Of a stretch of DNA of 64,000 nucleotides, positions 1-12,997 are shown piece by piece. The notes beneath the pieces are model-generated. The model was not told the origin of the DNA, did no database searches, and saw only the letters and a list, made by a program, of their open reading frames with translations. Every line of letters starts with the position of its first letter. The stretch's first letter is position 1. Source of the stretch: the human T2T-CHM13v2.0 reference genome, Homo sapiens. Both the position numbers and the translations under genes were made by a program. The DNA is taken from assembly GCF_009914755.1 (NCBI RefSeq), contig NC_060926.1, one strand, 5' to 3'.

Positions 1-1336
1 CTTGTTGGGAACTGGAGCAAAGGTGACTCTTGTTATGTTTTAGCAAAGACACTGGCAGCATTTTGCCCCTGCCCTAGAGATTTGTGGAACTTTGAACTTG
101 AGAGAGATAATTTAGGGTATCTGGCAGAAGAAATTTCTAAGCAGCAAAGCATTCAAGAGGTGACCTGGGTGCTCTTAAAGGCATTCAGTTTTATAAGGGA
201 ATCAGAGCATAAAAGTTCAGAAAATTTGTAGCCTGACAATATGATAGAAAAGAAAAACCCATTTTCTCAGGAGAAATTCAAGCTGGCTGCAGAAATTTGC
301 ATAAGTAACAAGAAGCCAAATGTTAATTGCCAAGACAATGGAGAAAATGTTTCCAGGGCATGTCAGAGGTCTTCATGGCAGCCTCTCCCATCACAGGTCC
401 AGGGGCCTAGGAGAAAATGGTTTCATGGGCCCTGCCTAGGGTCCCCGTGCTGTGTGCAGTCTAGGGACTTGGTACTGTGTGTCTTAGCCACTCCAGCCAT
501 GACTAAAAGGGGCCAAGGTACAGCTTGGGCTGTTACTTCAGAGGTAGAAGCCCTAAACCTTGGCAGCTTCCATGTGGTGTTGAGCCTGCTGGTGCACAGA
601 AGCCAAGAATGGAGGTTTGGGAACCTCCGCCTAGATTTCAGAAGATGTACGGAAATGCCTGGATTCCCAGGCAAAAGTTTGCTGCAGGGGTGGGGCCCTT
701 ATGGAGAACCTCTGCTAGGGCAGTGCAGAAGGGAAATGTGGGGTTGGAGCCCCCATGCAGGGTTCCTACTGAGGCGCTGCCTAATGGAACTGTGAGAAGA
801 GGGCCACTGTCCTCCAGACCCCAGAATGGTAGATCTACTGACAGGTTGCACCATGTGCCTGAAAAGCTGCAGACACTCAATGCCAGCCCATGAAAGCAGC
901 TGGGAGGGAGGATGTGCCCTGCAAACCCCCAGGGATGGAGCTGCCCAAGACCATGGGAACCAACCTCTAGGATCAGTGTGACCTGGATGTGAGACATGGA
1001 GTCAAAGATCATTTTGGAGCTTTAAGATTTGACAGCCCCGGTGGATTTTGGACTTGCATGGGGTCTGTAACCTCTTTGTTTTGGCCAGTGTTTCCCATTT
1101 GGAATGGCTGTATTTTATGCAATGCCTGTACCCCCATTATATCTAGAAAGTAACTAACTTGCTTTTGATGTTACAGGCTTATAGGCGGAAGGTACTTGCC
1201 TTGTCTCAGATGAGACTTTGGACTGTGGACTTCTGAGTTAATGCTGAAATGAGTTAAGACTTTGGGGGATTGTTGGGAAGGCATAACTGGTTTTGAAATG
1301 TGAGGACATGAGATTTGGGAGGGGCCAGGTGTGGAA
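1..1336 (+). mobile_element. THE1 (MaLR) internal sequence, runs off the left edge
   Basis: Typical THE1-int text (gggtatctggcagaagaaatttctaagcagcaaagcattcaagaggtgac; gactttggactgtggactt) ending in a purine-rich PPT-like tract just before the 3' LTR. Confidence 0.9.
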
Positions 1337-1691
1337 CGATATGGTTTGGCTCTGTCCCCACCCAAATCTCATCCTGAATTCCCATGTCTTGTGAGAGAGG
1401 CCTGGTGGGAGGTAATGGAATCATGGGGGCAGGTCTTTCCCATGATGTTCTCATGATAGTGAGTAAGTCGCATGAGATCTGATGGTTATTATAAGGAGGA
1501 GTTTTCCTGCACAAGCTCTCTTTGCCTGCTGCCATCCACAGAAGATGTGACTTGCTCCTCCTTGCCTTCTGCCATGATTGTGAGGCTTCTCCAGCCACGT
1601 GGAACTGTGAGTTCTCCATTAAACCTTTTTCTTTTGTAAGTTGCCCAGTCTCAGTATGTCTTTATCAGTAATGAGAAAATGGACTAATACA
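1337..1691 (+). mobile_element. THE1B-like 3' LTR
   Basis: Starts (c)gatatggtttggctctgtccccacccaaatctc, ends ggactaataca, ~355 bp, ATTAAA near 1618. Confidence 0.9.
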
Positions 1692-2124
1692 CTCTCCAAT
1701 CTGGAAATAGTCCTTACAGAAAAGAGTGATTTCATTGCACCTGTCCAGATTCATTTTTTTTCTTTTTCTCAAAGGAGCCCAAATTAAAACACAAGAGCCT
1801 GTCTCGATGCAGACTGATTCTCTCTGTGCTGCTGGAAGTCATTTAGAATAAGACTATGAGGAAACTTGGGGGCATATATGCTATGCTGCTGCTCCGTTTG
1901 TGGGATGTTCTCAAGTGAGCCAAGGTTCACGGTTCACTGCCGATGTAGTTCCCAAGGGTCATGTAGCAGAAGAGAAAGATGTTTTCTGTCATCTTTGAAA
2001 TTTTGCAGGAACTTTCTTCTATGGGTTTAGCAAATCCATTATCTTGATTGTGAAAAGACCTAGGCTTGCTTTAGGTAAATTAGATATTTTGGAAAAATTA
2101 TAGAACAAACTGGAGAAGAAGAAC

Positions 2125-3555
2125 AGTGAAATGGTTAGGGTGTGGAATCTGGAGTCAGACTAACTGGATTCACCTCCCAGAGCTACCACTAACCAGTTGG
2201 GTGACCTTGGACAAGGGCTGAACCTTTCTGTACCTCATTTCCTCATCCATTAAGTGGAGATGATGATAATGTGATAGTATCTATCCCATAATGTAATACA
2301 TGATATTACTAAAATAATAATAAAATAGTAATAATATTTATAATTTTTTGGCTGATTAAATGAATTGGTATATGTTCAAAAATCAACTCAAGATGGATCA
2401 AAGACTTAAATGTAAAACCTAAAACTATAAAAACTCCAGAAGACAACCTAGGCAATACCATTCTGGACATAGGAATGGGCAAAGATTTCATGTCAAAGAC
2501 ACTAAAAGCAATTGTAACTAAAGCAAAAATTGGCAAATGAGATCCAATTAAAGGGCTTCTTCACAGCAAAATAAACTATCAACAGAGCAAACAGACAACC
2601 TACAGAATGGGAGAAAATTTTTGCAAACTATGCATCTGACAAAGGTCTAATATCCAGCATCTATAAGGAACTTAAATCTACAAGAAAACCTCAAACAACC
2701 CCATTAAAAAGTGGACAAAGGAAATGCACAGACAATTTTCAAAAGAAGAGATAAAAGAAGAGATATGTGGCCAACAAGTGTATAAAAAAAAGCTCAACAT
2801 AATTGATCATTAGAGAAATGAAAATCAAAACCACAATGAGATACCATCTTACACTGGTCAGAATGGCTATTATTAAAAAGTCAAAAAACAACAGATGCTG
2901 GCAAGGTTGCAGAGAAAAAGGAATGCGTATACACTGTTAGTGGAATGTAAATGGGTTCAACATTGTGGAAGACAGCGCGGCAATTCCTCAAAGTCCTAAA
3001 GACAGAATTACCCAAGGGAATATAAATCATTCTATTATAAAGACACATGCATATGCATGTTCATTGCAGCACTATTCACAATAGCAAAGACATGGAATCA
3101 ACATAAATGCCCATTAATGGTAGACTGGATAAAGAAAGTGTGATACATATACACCACGGAATACTATGCAGCTATAAAAAAATTGAACTCATGTCCTTTG
3201 CAGGAATATTGATGGAGTTAGAGGCCATTATCCCTAGCAAACTAATGCAGTAAACAGAAAACCAAATACTGCATGTTCTCACTTACAAGTGGGAGCTAAA
3301 TAATGAGAATACATGAACACAGAAGATGGAGGATGGGAGGAGGGAGAGAATTAGGAAGAATGAATAGGGGGTACTAGTCTTAATACCTGGGTGACAACAA
3401 ACTCCCATGACATGAATTTACCTATAAAACAAACCTGCACATGCTGAACTTAAAATAAAAGTTAAAAAATAAGTGAATTGGTATATATAAAGAAGAACTT
3501 TGAACTGTGCCCGATGCATACAGAGCACTTTATAATTTAGTTGTTGTTATTATTA
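2125..3555 (+). mobile_element. MIR split by the L1 insertion (pieces ~2125-2375 and ~3471-3555)
   Basis: MIR core ggagtcagac...gtgaccttggacaag...cctcatttcctcatc; resumes after the L1 with tgtgcccgatgcatacagagcac. Confidence 0.7.
2375..3470 (+). mobile_element. 5'-truncated older primate L1 (ORF2 3' end plus 3'UTR)
   Basis: aaaatcaactcaagatggatcaaagacttaaatgtaaaacc... to an A-rich tail; TSD tgaattggtatat at 2361-2373 and 3474-3486. Confidence 0.93.
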
Positions 3556-4149
3556 AATATTAAATTCAAAAGCATCAGAGACTGATTCCATACTTGCTGT
3601 TTTCTGTAACTTGTGGTTTACATGAGGTCAACATTGTCTTATAAAGTATTCCTCATTCCCCTAATATTTCCCATGTTTCTGTAGAAACCTAATTTTACTT
3701 TTTCTATTTGAAAATGACAACAATGTTGTTTACTTGCCATCTGGATATTGTGTTCCACATTTTTGTTCTTGTGCCAAGATAGAAATGAAGATCTTTGACT
3801 AACTACTTCAATATAGCTCAATTGATTTAGTCAGTAAGTTGCTCCTGGCAACATTCACGCAGGCGACTCTGCAAGTTGTTGTTGTTGTTGTTTATTGGCA
3901 TTTCTGAGAGTCACTTCCTAATTTTTTAAAAAAGAATTTCCTTATTGGAGTTGGGACACAAAACTCATTGGCTTCTAAGGCACTAAAAATTATGAATAAG
4001 GTTACTAAAGTCAGTGATAGAAAAATCTGAAGGAAATTGTTTATTTTCTCTGCCTTTCAAAAAACTGGTGATGCTTGAACATCATGACCATGAGTTTAGG
4101 TACCTTTTTCATTTCTCATAGGCTTATGTCTCTAGGAGTAGAATTTATC

Positions 4150-5275
4150 CATCCGTTCAATGTATTTATTATGAAATCTTTACTGAACGTCTACTCTGAG
4201 TAAGGCAAACCACTGTCCTAGATGCTAGCAATACAAAGATAAATGAGACAAATGGTTAAACATTTTGAGGTGGGAATAAAATGCTATATGCATAATTAAA
4301 ATGTATGACATAATTTACCAAATGGTACATCAAAAAGATAAGAGGAGTGCCATAAAGGTTTAGAGGAGGGAGGCAGTGAGACTAGTTTAAAGAGTTAGCA
4401 AAATTTTCATGAATTAAATGATATTTAAGTTAAGTCTTGAAGGACTGGAAGAATTTAGACAATGAGAGAAATTGGCAAAGGGAAGTTTTGGCTAACAGAG
4501 TAGCATGAGTAAATAAACACAGAGAGATGGGAAATAGTAGGGAAATTTTTAGGGAAAAAACCTATTATTCAGTTTGGTGAACAAGGTGTAGGGTGCAAAC
4601 TTTAAACAATGAGCATCTATTATATGCCTGGGGCTGCTCTAGGCTCTGGAGATACAGAGCCGAACAAGCAGACTAGGCACCCAAGCCTAGCATGCATTTT
4701 AGAGAGTGGACACAGGAAATACGTAAGTACACAAATAAGGTAACGGTGAGAGGTGCTATAAAATAAAAATGAAATAATGAATGAAATAAGAAGTGACAGG
4801 ATTGGGAGAAGTTACCTTAAAATGGATAGGTCAGGGAAGACTTCTCTGAAGTGAAATTTGATGTGAAACCAGAAGGAGAAGGATCTAGCCGTGTGATGGC
4901 CTAGGGAGAGGGAGCTGCAAGGCCATTGATAAAACAGGCTTGCTGGATGGCCAGGAAGGCTAGTGTGGCAGAATAGTCATGGTCAGCGGTGAGAATGATA
5001 ATAATTGAGGGCAGAGACAGATGGAAGTGAGATCACATGGGTTCTTGAAGATTATGGCTACATTTTGGATTTTATTCTAAATGCAATGGGACACCATTGG
5101 GGGGTTTTATGCAGAGGAGTGATGTTATCTACATTACATTTCAGAAAGAACACCTAGGCTGCTGTGTGGAGAAGGAACTGTTGAGTGTGGAGGGAAAATA
5201 CACAAATTAGGGAGATCTCTTGGAATTTACTGCAGCTAATCAGGACTAGGGTGGTAGCAGCAGAGATGGAAGTTA
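4150..5275 (-). mobile_element. L2 LINE fragments
   Basis: Antisense L2 3' motifs: ttcaatgtatttatt, ctctaggctctggagatacag, gtcagggaagacttctctgaag, ttttggattttattctaaatgcaatggga. Confidence 0.7.
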
Positions 5276-5499
5276 ATTCTCGAGTGACAGCAAGTCACAG
5301 GTGAAGGGCTTTGCATTCCCTCAGTCTGAGGATTTGAAATTTATTCTGGAGGCTGAAAAGAAAGTAAAAAGTATTTACTGATTTAGATTTTTCTATACTA
5401 GGAGAGGGGGTCACTAACAATAAAGTTTTATTTGTCTCACAGATGCTCTAGTCTGAGGAATCAAAAAAGCATATATCCATCTAAAGGTGAGCTGTCGAT

Positions 5500-5660
5500 T
5501 TTCTTGTTGGAATGTGGATATTCTAATAAAAAAAGAAGCTGAATATTTCCTGATTTTTAAAGATGGCAACTAATTTAAAACAGTAACACACTGTGTAGGC
5601 CAACACAAAATGTATTAGTAGGCCGGTTTCAACCCTGGGGCCACCACCTTGCAACGTCTG
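5500..5660 (-). mobile_element. MER102-like hAT-Charlie fragment
   Basis: ttcctgatttttaaagatggcaactaattt...acactgtgtaggccaac...ttgcaacgtctg is the reverse complement of the MER102 5' end; similar to the copy at 57126. Confidence 0.6.
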
Positions 5661-6983
5661 AAATGAAGTATTCACCAGCAACCCACAGGAAGGCTTGCTT
5701 TGGCTAATCTATGGTCAAGACAGAAACAAATTTCAACACCGTGAAAACTGGGACTCATTGGAGATGGCATAGAGGCAGAAAAGACTGAGCGAGTTGTGGA
5801 AAAGGCTGAGCAGGAAGAGGAAGCAGAAGAATGGTAGAAGGATGTTCAGTGAGGTATGTGGTATAGGCTGATGATGATGGGCTGAAAAAATTAGAGAAAC
5901 ATTCTACACACTTATCAGGACTCCATGAGTGTTTGTGGTGATCTGACAGTAAGGCCATTTTCTTTGTGGTAACAAATTGTACCTGCATCTTTCCAAACAC
6001 TACAGGTAAATCTAAGGGGTTGTACAATCTGGAAGTGATATAGACATAAGTTAACTTTGAAACTAAAAAAAAAAAAATTCAGTTTCCCAATTGAAATCTC
6101 TTCCTCATTTAAACTGGACTTCCCATTGGTCTGCTGGCCCATACTGCTGGACACATCAATTTATAGTGGTGCTCCCATCAGCTGAGTATACAGTTTTGAT
6201 TATGGATAATATTTAGAAATCAATCTGTTAGGTGCTCTTTTGTGACATCTTTGCATTATAATATTTGACAACGATGAATTAACTTCAGTTTTTTGTATAT
6301 TTATTTTGTCTTCCTAAATACTGAGTAATCTTGAAGGCTGAAGGCCTTAGCATATTCTCCTTGTATCCAGCAGGGTTTGGCATGAAACCCTGTAGCTACC
6401 CCTAAAATGTTTCCTATCTACAAGATAACAAAACACGAAGTTGAAAAGGAAAGAGTCAAAGGTAGCCAACTGCATTGTCGAGTCCAAAAACCTATTTGAT
6501 TTTTTTCCCCTACTGGATTGAGAATTGATTTTTTTTTCAAAAACTTAATTGATGGCTATTTTGTCATTGCCCAGACACAGCTTCTGTGTTATGGAAACCA
6601 AGAATACCTCTATCCAAAACAGAAGATGGTAGTAATTCGCAATCCTGAAATTAACCCATGCCACTTAATTAGCAAGTATTTAATGAAAACTTTTTTTTTT
6701 TTCGCCAACCAATCTCTATAATTGTGGCTGTTTCGTGGCTCTGTGTCTACTATAGATACAGCATCACCATTTGGATCAAGGATCATCAGAGAGAGACATA
6801 GCCAAGGAAATATGCAGTTGCAGAGCACAGAGAAAAGAGACATTGTCTTTCTTTTTCTTCCCCACAGTACGTTACTAGCTAAAAGAGAACTGCCTTGCAG
6901 TCTAGTCAGAGAAATGATTAAAAAAACCTCTAGCAGGTATTTGAAACTAAATCTTAGTATGACATAGAAAACAATGATGTAGA

Positions 6984-7669
6984 CTTTTTAAATCTTTTAA
7001 TCTTTATTAATTTAATCTAAATTAAATAAGTATAAATTAATCTATTATAAAGTTCTAGGGTACATGTGCACAACGTGCAGGTTTGTTACATATGTAAACA
7101 TCTGCCATGTTGGTTTGCTGCACCCGTCAACTTGACATTTACATTAGGTATTTCTCCTAATGCTATCCCTCCCCCAGACCCCCACCCCACAACAGGCCCT
7201 GGTGTGTGATGTTCCCTGCCCTGTGTCCATGTGCTTTCATTGTTCAACTCCCACCTATGAGTGAGAACATGTGGTGTTTGGTTTTTCTGTCCTTGTGATA
7301 GTTTGCTGAGAATGATGGTTTCCAGCTTCATCCATGTCCCTGCAAAGGACATGAACTCATCCTTTTTTATGGCTGCGTAGTATTCCATGGTGTATATGTG
7401 CCACATTTTCTTTATCCAGTCTACCATTGATGGACATTTGGGTTAGTTCCAAGTCTTTGCTATTGTGAATAGTGCTTCAATAAACATACGTGTGCATGTG
7501 TCTTTATAGCAGAATGATTTATAGTCCTTTGGGTATATACCCAGTAATGGGATCACTAGGTCAAATGGTATTTCTAGTTCTAGATCCTTGAGGAATTGCC
7601 ACACTGCTTTCCACAATGGTGGAACTAATTTACACTCCCAACAGTGTAAAAGCCTTCCTATTTCTTCAC
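6984..7669 (-). mobile_element. 5'-truncated L1PA (3' end)
   Basis: Antisense L1PA 3'UTR (gggtacatgtgcacaacgtgcaggtttgttac) and ORF2 C-terminus (KKMWHIYTMEYYAAIKKDEF); TSD aacaatgatgtaga at 6970-6983 and 7670-7683. Confidence 0.95.
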
Positions 7670-7878
7670 AACAATGATGTAGAGTTTCAACAAGAATAGG
7701 CAACATACCAGGTACTACTCTGTCAAGGTCCTATTGGAAAGCATTCACTGTATATCATAAATATGTCTTGGGAATTATTTAGTCATAAGCCTCTTGGAAC
7801 CATGGGAAACATAAGGAAAAAACCATGTAATCCCTACTCTTGAGGTCTTCAAAATTTAGTGGGGGAAAAAGACTCCCT

Positions 7879-8004
7879 AAGTAATAGAAGTAATATAAGT
7901 AATAGTATTATAAGATGTTATGTAATATAAGTAATGTAAGTAATAGTAATATAAGATGTTATGTAATATAATTAATGTAAGTAATAGTAATATAAGATGT
8001 TATG
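7879..8004. repeat. AT-rich minisatellite, ~41-bp unit, ~2.6 copies plus a degenerate lead-in
   Basis: aagtaatagtaatataagatgttatgtaatataagtaatgt repeated in tandem. Confidence 0.85.
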
Positions 8005-8559
8005 ATTTCAATGACACTAAATACACAGTGAAGAAATGAAGGGGAGGATTAATCTAGTTGGGAAAATCTGAGAATCTAATAGAGAATTTAGGATTTGATC
8101 AGAGCTGGAAGAGTGAGTGCTCACAGGAAGGAGGTGAAGGGAAAAATTTCCAGATAAGAGGACTAGATGAACAAAGGCGCAGAGTAGGAAAGTGCTGTGT
8201 ACCCTTAAGGATTGCAGATTGGCCCAGATGGCTTGAGGGGAGCATTTCTGTCTGTGGTGTGTTGGGGACAAGAGGGTGGAATGTAAGTGGGCATTAAGGC
8301 CAAGAGTAGAAGCAGCCTCTTCTTCGTGCTACTCCATGGTGCTCTACAGAGTTTGTTATGTGTCTTCACTGAATTGTAGCATGGTGTTTGTTGATGTGTC
8401 TGCCTCCCAGCTAGATGAGAACTTTTTCTGGGACAATCATATTTTATTCTTTTTCCCCCTTAATACCAATAAACGCTTAATATTCTTGGTACTTTTCATT
8501 TTCATAGCCTTGGTGTTTACATGAATGCCTAGAAAATGAGGCCCTTTATAAATGTTAAA

Positions 8560-8890
8560 TCTGATAAGCAGGGAACCCAGCTACGTACGGTTTTGTAAGC
8601 CAGGCAAGGGAGTTTGGGTTTGGTCCTGTATGCAGTGAGGAGCCTCCGAAACTTTTTAAGACGGGAAATTCTATGATCAGAGCCGTGCTTTGTGAAGATA
8701 ACATAAATAACAGCATGGAGGAGAACAACTCAGAGAAGAAAAGCCCAAGGCAAGGACACCTGTCAGCAGTTGTCACGAGCATCTCAGTGAGGGGTGCAGA
8801 GCCTGGACAAAGGGGGCAGAGGCTGTGGGAGTAGAAAGAGGAATAAACTCATTTAGATCTGGCAACATTTGGATGCAGACAATGTAGAAA
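8560..8890 (-). mobile_element. L2 fragment
   Basis: ttgtaagccaggcaagggagtttgggtttggtcctgtatgcagtgaggagcc resembles antisense L2. Confidence 0.55.
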
Positions 8891-9110
8891 ATGAAAGCGA
8901 GGGCTTGGGGTTGCAGTTATCTATCAAACTCGGGTTACTTGAAAACCTTTCAGCCAGTTTGCCACTTCTATGTAATTAAATAGGCTGTCTTGATTCTCTA
9001 ATATCTCTCTCATTAATGAAGTCTGGCATGAAACGTGAGCCTTCAGAAAAAAAGGTAGACAAAACCAACAGCTTGATACTATCCCCAAATTATTGTGATT
9101 AATAAAAACA

Positions 9111-9246
9111 TTTTTTTAAACAGAGACAGGGTCTCTCTACATTGCCCAGTTTGAGGCTAGATTAAAACTCCTGGCTGAAGCAATCCTCTACCTCAGCCTT
9201 CCTTCCAGGTATCTGGGAATGCAGGCACGCGCCGCCACACCCAGCT
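9111..9246 (-). mobile_element. Alu monomer (FLAM or AluJ left arm)
   Basis: T-tract then agagacagggtctctctacattgcccag...caatcctctacctcagcc...gccgccacacccagc. Confidence 0.8.
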
Positions 9247-10276
9247 GATGAAAACTTATGAGGAGTCTTGAATACTGGAGCCAGTCGTATGAACCATGAA
9301 GGTCCCCAAAGAGAGGATTAGGGGTTAGTAAACACAGTGGCTCCCGTCAAATTTTTCAGATAAGAAATTAAAGTATCAATTACGTCTAGAAATTCTGCTT
9401 ACTGGTTTGGGGTTTGTCTTCAAAATAACAAGTTCACACACCTAGATTCAATAATGTCTTTAAAGTATATGCCTATTTGAGGTTTGTGATGATGAGGAGG
9501 CATATGCTGACTGCTTTAAAGGAATTCTATTTTTTTCTCAACTTGAAAAGTTTTGCATGAAATCAGTGAACTGTACTTCACGATAAATTGTTTTCCTCTA
9601 GTAAGGAAATATTTTGGCTGCTGTCATCAGCATCATGCTTACATGAACTGAAAGGGAGCATTCATAGCACATGTATACAGTAACTTGTCAAATTTCTTGT
9701 CCATATATTGAATGAACCATTATCTTTCTCAACACCAGCACCAAATAGATCCATTATTAGACATCACCCTAATGCTACCACAGGAATGTACCATTGTAAT
9801 ATCTGTGAAGGGTGAGAAATACCTCTTTTTTAAAAAGTGGCTGGAGAAATATCACAAAAGGAGAAGTGAGAACCTGACACTGGGTCAACATGTTGACTGT
9901 ACTTGCTCTTGGCCAGATGAATTTTTTTTCCTTTTTTAATTTTTATTTTAGGAAAGGGAACAAATGAAAAACTGAGATCTTGGAAAGTCTTTTCTCATTC
10001 CTAGTTTATGTATACTTAATATATTAGTCTTCTCATGAGTACATTTACATATTAGGTGAAGATAGTTAGGGAAATGTGGTTAATTTAAATACATTAACTC
10101 TTGAAGGTAATAACTTGTGGATGGAGTGTTCTCCCCACCAGAATCTCTCAGATCCTACGTCATGGGCACATAGACAACTGCAAATTTCACCTATATTTTT
10201 TAAAACTTGCCTGATTGGTATTTGAAAAAGGTTTCATGAATTAATTAAAGTAAATTTACAAATCAAAGATATAAAC

Positions 10277-10601
10277 TATGGGTGCTACTTAATAGAAATG
10301 TAGTGCAAATTACACATGTAATTTAAAATGTTCTAGTAGCCACACTGAAAAGGTAAAAAGAAAAAAGGTGAAATTAATTTTAATGATATAGTTTATTTAA
10401 CTCAATAAATCACAATATTGTTTCAACATGTTATCAATATAGAAATCGTTAATGATGTCTTTTATAGTCTTATTTTTGTATTATGCCTTTGAAACCCAGT
10501 ATGTATTTTATACTTATAGCAAGTCTCAATTCATACTAGTTAGATTTCAAGTGCTCAGTAGCCATCTGTGCTTAGTGGCTACTGTGTTGGGCAGCATAGC
10601 T
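10277..10601. mobile_element. MER33-like hAT-Charlie MITE
   Basis: atgtaatttaaaatgttctagtagccacac...caagtgctcagtagccatctgtgcttagtggctactgtgttgggcagcatag. Confidence 0.75.
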
Positions 10602-11239
10602 ATGGATGATTGGAAATTCAACTTTGTGTATTCTCTAATAATGTGTGGCAGAAGTAAAACTAATTCTTTGTCAGTAGAGTGAGACACGTGACCATTAATT
10701 TGCATTTGACTAAATGACATTCTTTACTCCTCCTCCTACTCACACTCTGTATGAAATCTGGCACTTTACTGAAGTTCTAACTAGCTACTGATTTTTGCAG
10801 TGTTCATCACTATTTGGTAAATGTGTCATGGTATAGTATTTATCATACTCTTAAATTACATTTGAAGTAGAATAATCAAGTCTATTTTTCATTAACACTG
10901 ATTTTCTCCAGCACTTTATTAGTTCTATTAGCTCCCTATAATCTGCAAAACTCAGTAATTTTTTAGATGTTCCTCAAGCAACATTCTCAGATTGAGTTAA
11001 GATCTGCTTCTAGTTCCCATTACCATGATAATTTTGGCTCCCTCGCTCCTATTTCTCTTTCTACTCTTGCTCCTCTTCTTTTTGTTTCATGGCCAGTCCT
11101 CACTGCTGCTCTCCTCCCTTTATGGCCATCGAAAGCCCAATTTTAACTTAGGCAATAATGTGCCCAGTTCCACTGGGATGAATAATGATTGGTCCAAGCC
11201 AGTTATTATGATATGATTCTACTTTGTCAGAGATTGGGA

Positions 11240-11424
11240 CAGAGGCTCTCAAAACTTAGTGTGCATCAGAATCACCTGGAGAACTTGTTGCAGTCCAGAA
11301 TTCTAGGCCCTAACTCTGGAGTCTCTAATTCAGTGTGTTTGGGTCAGATCTGATAATTTGCATTTTAATCAAATTTCCAGGTGAGGATGATGCTGGTCTG
11401 GGAACTGCACTTTAACAACCATTG
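11240..11424. mobile_element. MER5A
   Basis: ctctcaaaacttagtgtgcatcagaatcacctggag...atttgcattttaa...ccaggtga...cactttaacaaccattg, ~185 bp. Confidence 0.85.
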
Positions 11425-11728
11425 GTGTAGGATATAGACATGTGGTTCATTTTGGTCAATGAGTTGTGAGAGATACTTGGCAAAGTTTGTCCTTCCTGAT
11501 AAGAAGGCAACTAGGTAATAAAGACATTATTTCCTTCTCTCTCTCTCCTTGCTTCCTGCTTTAGATGTTGCCATGCAAGGGCAAGGTTATTAGAGCTGCT
11601 GCAGCCATCTTGTGACAATAAAAGAGAACCAAGAGGATTTCAGAAATACCATCCCACATCCTGACATTATGTAGCTTCTGAACCATCTATCTCCATGGAT
11701 CTTGCTATGTGAGGTAATTTGAAAAATC

Positions 11729-12234
11729 TTTTTTTTTAAATTATTATACTTTAGTTCTGGGGTACATGTGCAGAACATGAGGTTTGTTACATAGGTATAC
11801 ACGTGCCATGGTGGTTTGCTGCACCCATCGACCGTCATTTACATTAGGTATTTCTCCTAATGCTGGCCCTCCCCTAGCCCCTCACTCCCTGACAGGCCCC
11901 CACGTGTGATGTTCCCCTCCTGGTGTCCACGTGTTCTCATTGTTCAACTCCCACTTATGAGTGAGAACATAGTGTGTTTGGCTTTCTGTTCTTGTGTTAG
12001 TTTGCTGAGAATGATGGTTTCCAGCTTCATCCATGTCCCTGCAAAGGGCATGAACTCATCCTTTTTTATGGCTGCATAGTATTCCATGGTGTATTTGTGC
12101 CACATTTTCTTTATCCAGTCTTTCATTGATGGGCATTTGGGTTGTTTCCAAGTGTTTGCTATTGTGAATAGTGCCGCAATAAACATACATGTGCATGTGT
12201 CTTTATAGTAGAATGATTTGTAATCCTTTGGGTA
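11729..12234 (-). mobile_element. 5'-truncated L1PA (3' end)
   Basis: Poly-T, ttattatactttagttctggggtacatgtgcag, ORF2 C-terminal peptide YPKDYKSFYYKDTCT...WIKKMW. Confidence 0.95.
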
Positions 12235-12917
12235 GCCACCATGTCTTACTATTTTCTGTTGTTTGCAGCCAAAGTGTTCACTACAGATACAGTGACCAAC
12301 TGTCTGAAACCGCCATGCCACCCTCTTGCATGATTGAAATGGTGACATAGACTTAATGTCTTCACAGAATTGTGGTACTCAAATCATAATGCCTTTCCTT
12401 AAAATAATGCGAAGTATTTTTCTGATATACATGCCATATCTGTGTATGGTATACCAAGGCTAAGAAGTTACAGAAAGCTGTGTAAACAGAATGCTTCTGC
12501 GAGTAGGCTGAATCTCAGCAAGCTGACATAGTGTACCTAGATTGCTGTTTCATGGGCTAGAGTTAAACTATGGAGGACATGCTAATCACGTGTGCTGATG
12601 ACACATAACTGGAAAGACTGGAGAATGTGTGAGGTATCCAGGATTCTCTAGTGGGAAGGAAATATTGCTTATTCCAGGTACTTCAGAGAAAAGAACTGGT
12701 ACTAATGGGCAGAATTTATAAAGAGGCACATTTTTGCTTTCTATAAGGAGACACATTTTCCAGCAACTAGAGCATGTGCATAAGCTTTCACCATGAAATG
12801 GTAAGCTCTGCATTACTTTACTGTTCATTGGGAAATTGAGAGCACACTTGCAGCTCTTGTGGTTTTATCTTTCAGCAAAAAGCATCACAACAAACTAAAA
12901 ATTTCCCATAACATATA

Positions 12918-12997
12918 TTAGGTTTAAGCATATGAAAATGCTGCTACTCAATCATTTTTGACTTACAAAAATGGCAATTTCATGTGATTCAATCTAA
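12918..12997. mobile_element. MADE2-like 80-bp mariner MITE
   Basis: 80 bp with long imperfect TIRs ttaggtttaagcatatgaaaatgc / gcaatttcatgtgattcaatctaa, preceded by TA. Confidence 0.75.

Larger units (their letters stand above)
11095..12290. mobile_element. Old ERVL LTR (LTR33/LTR16-like) interrupted by MER5A and L1PA
   Basis: gattggtccaagcca, gagctgctgcagccatcttgtgac, and after the L1 ttttctgttgtttgcagccaaag. Confidence 0.55.

Noticed and set aside
241-1619. Overlapping ORFs of 64-184 aa on both strands
   Set aside because: Entirely within THE1 internal and LTR sequence, a common source of spurious predicted proteins; no gag/pol-like continuity.
2741-2764. 12-bp tandem duplication aaaagaagagat inside the L1
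   Set aside because: Ordinary slippage in a dead repeat.
7879-8004. Short repeats (also 47356-47437 and 18008-18082) as CRISPR-like arrays
   Set aside because: Two or three copies, no unique equal-length spacers, no cas genes, eukaryotic context.
7086-12348. ORFs with WIKKMWHIYTMEYYAAIKK-type peptides (also 26752-27125 and 35454-36414)
   Set aside because: Broken L1 ORF2 C-termini or antisense L1 frames in 5'-truncated dead copies.
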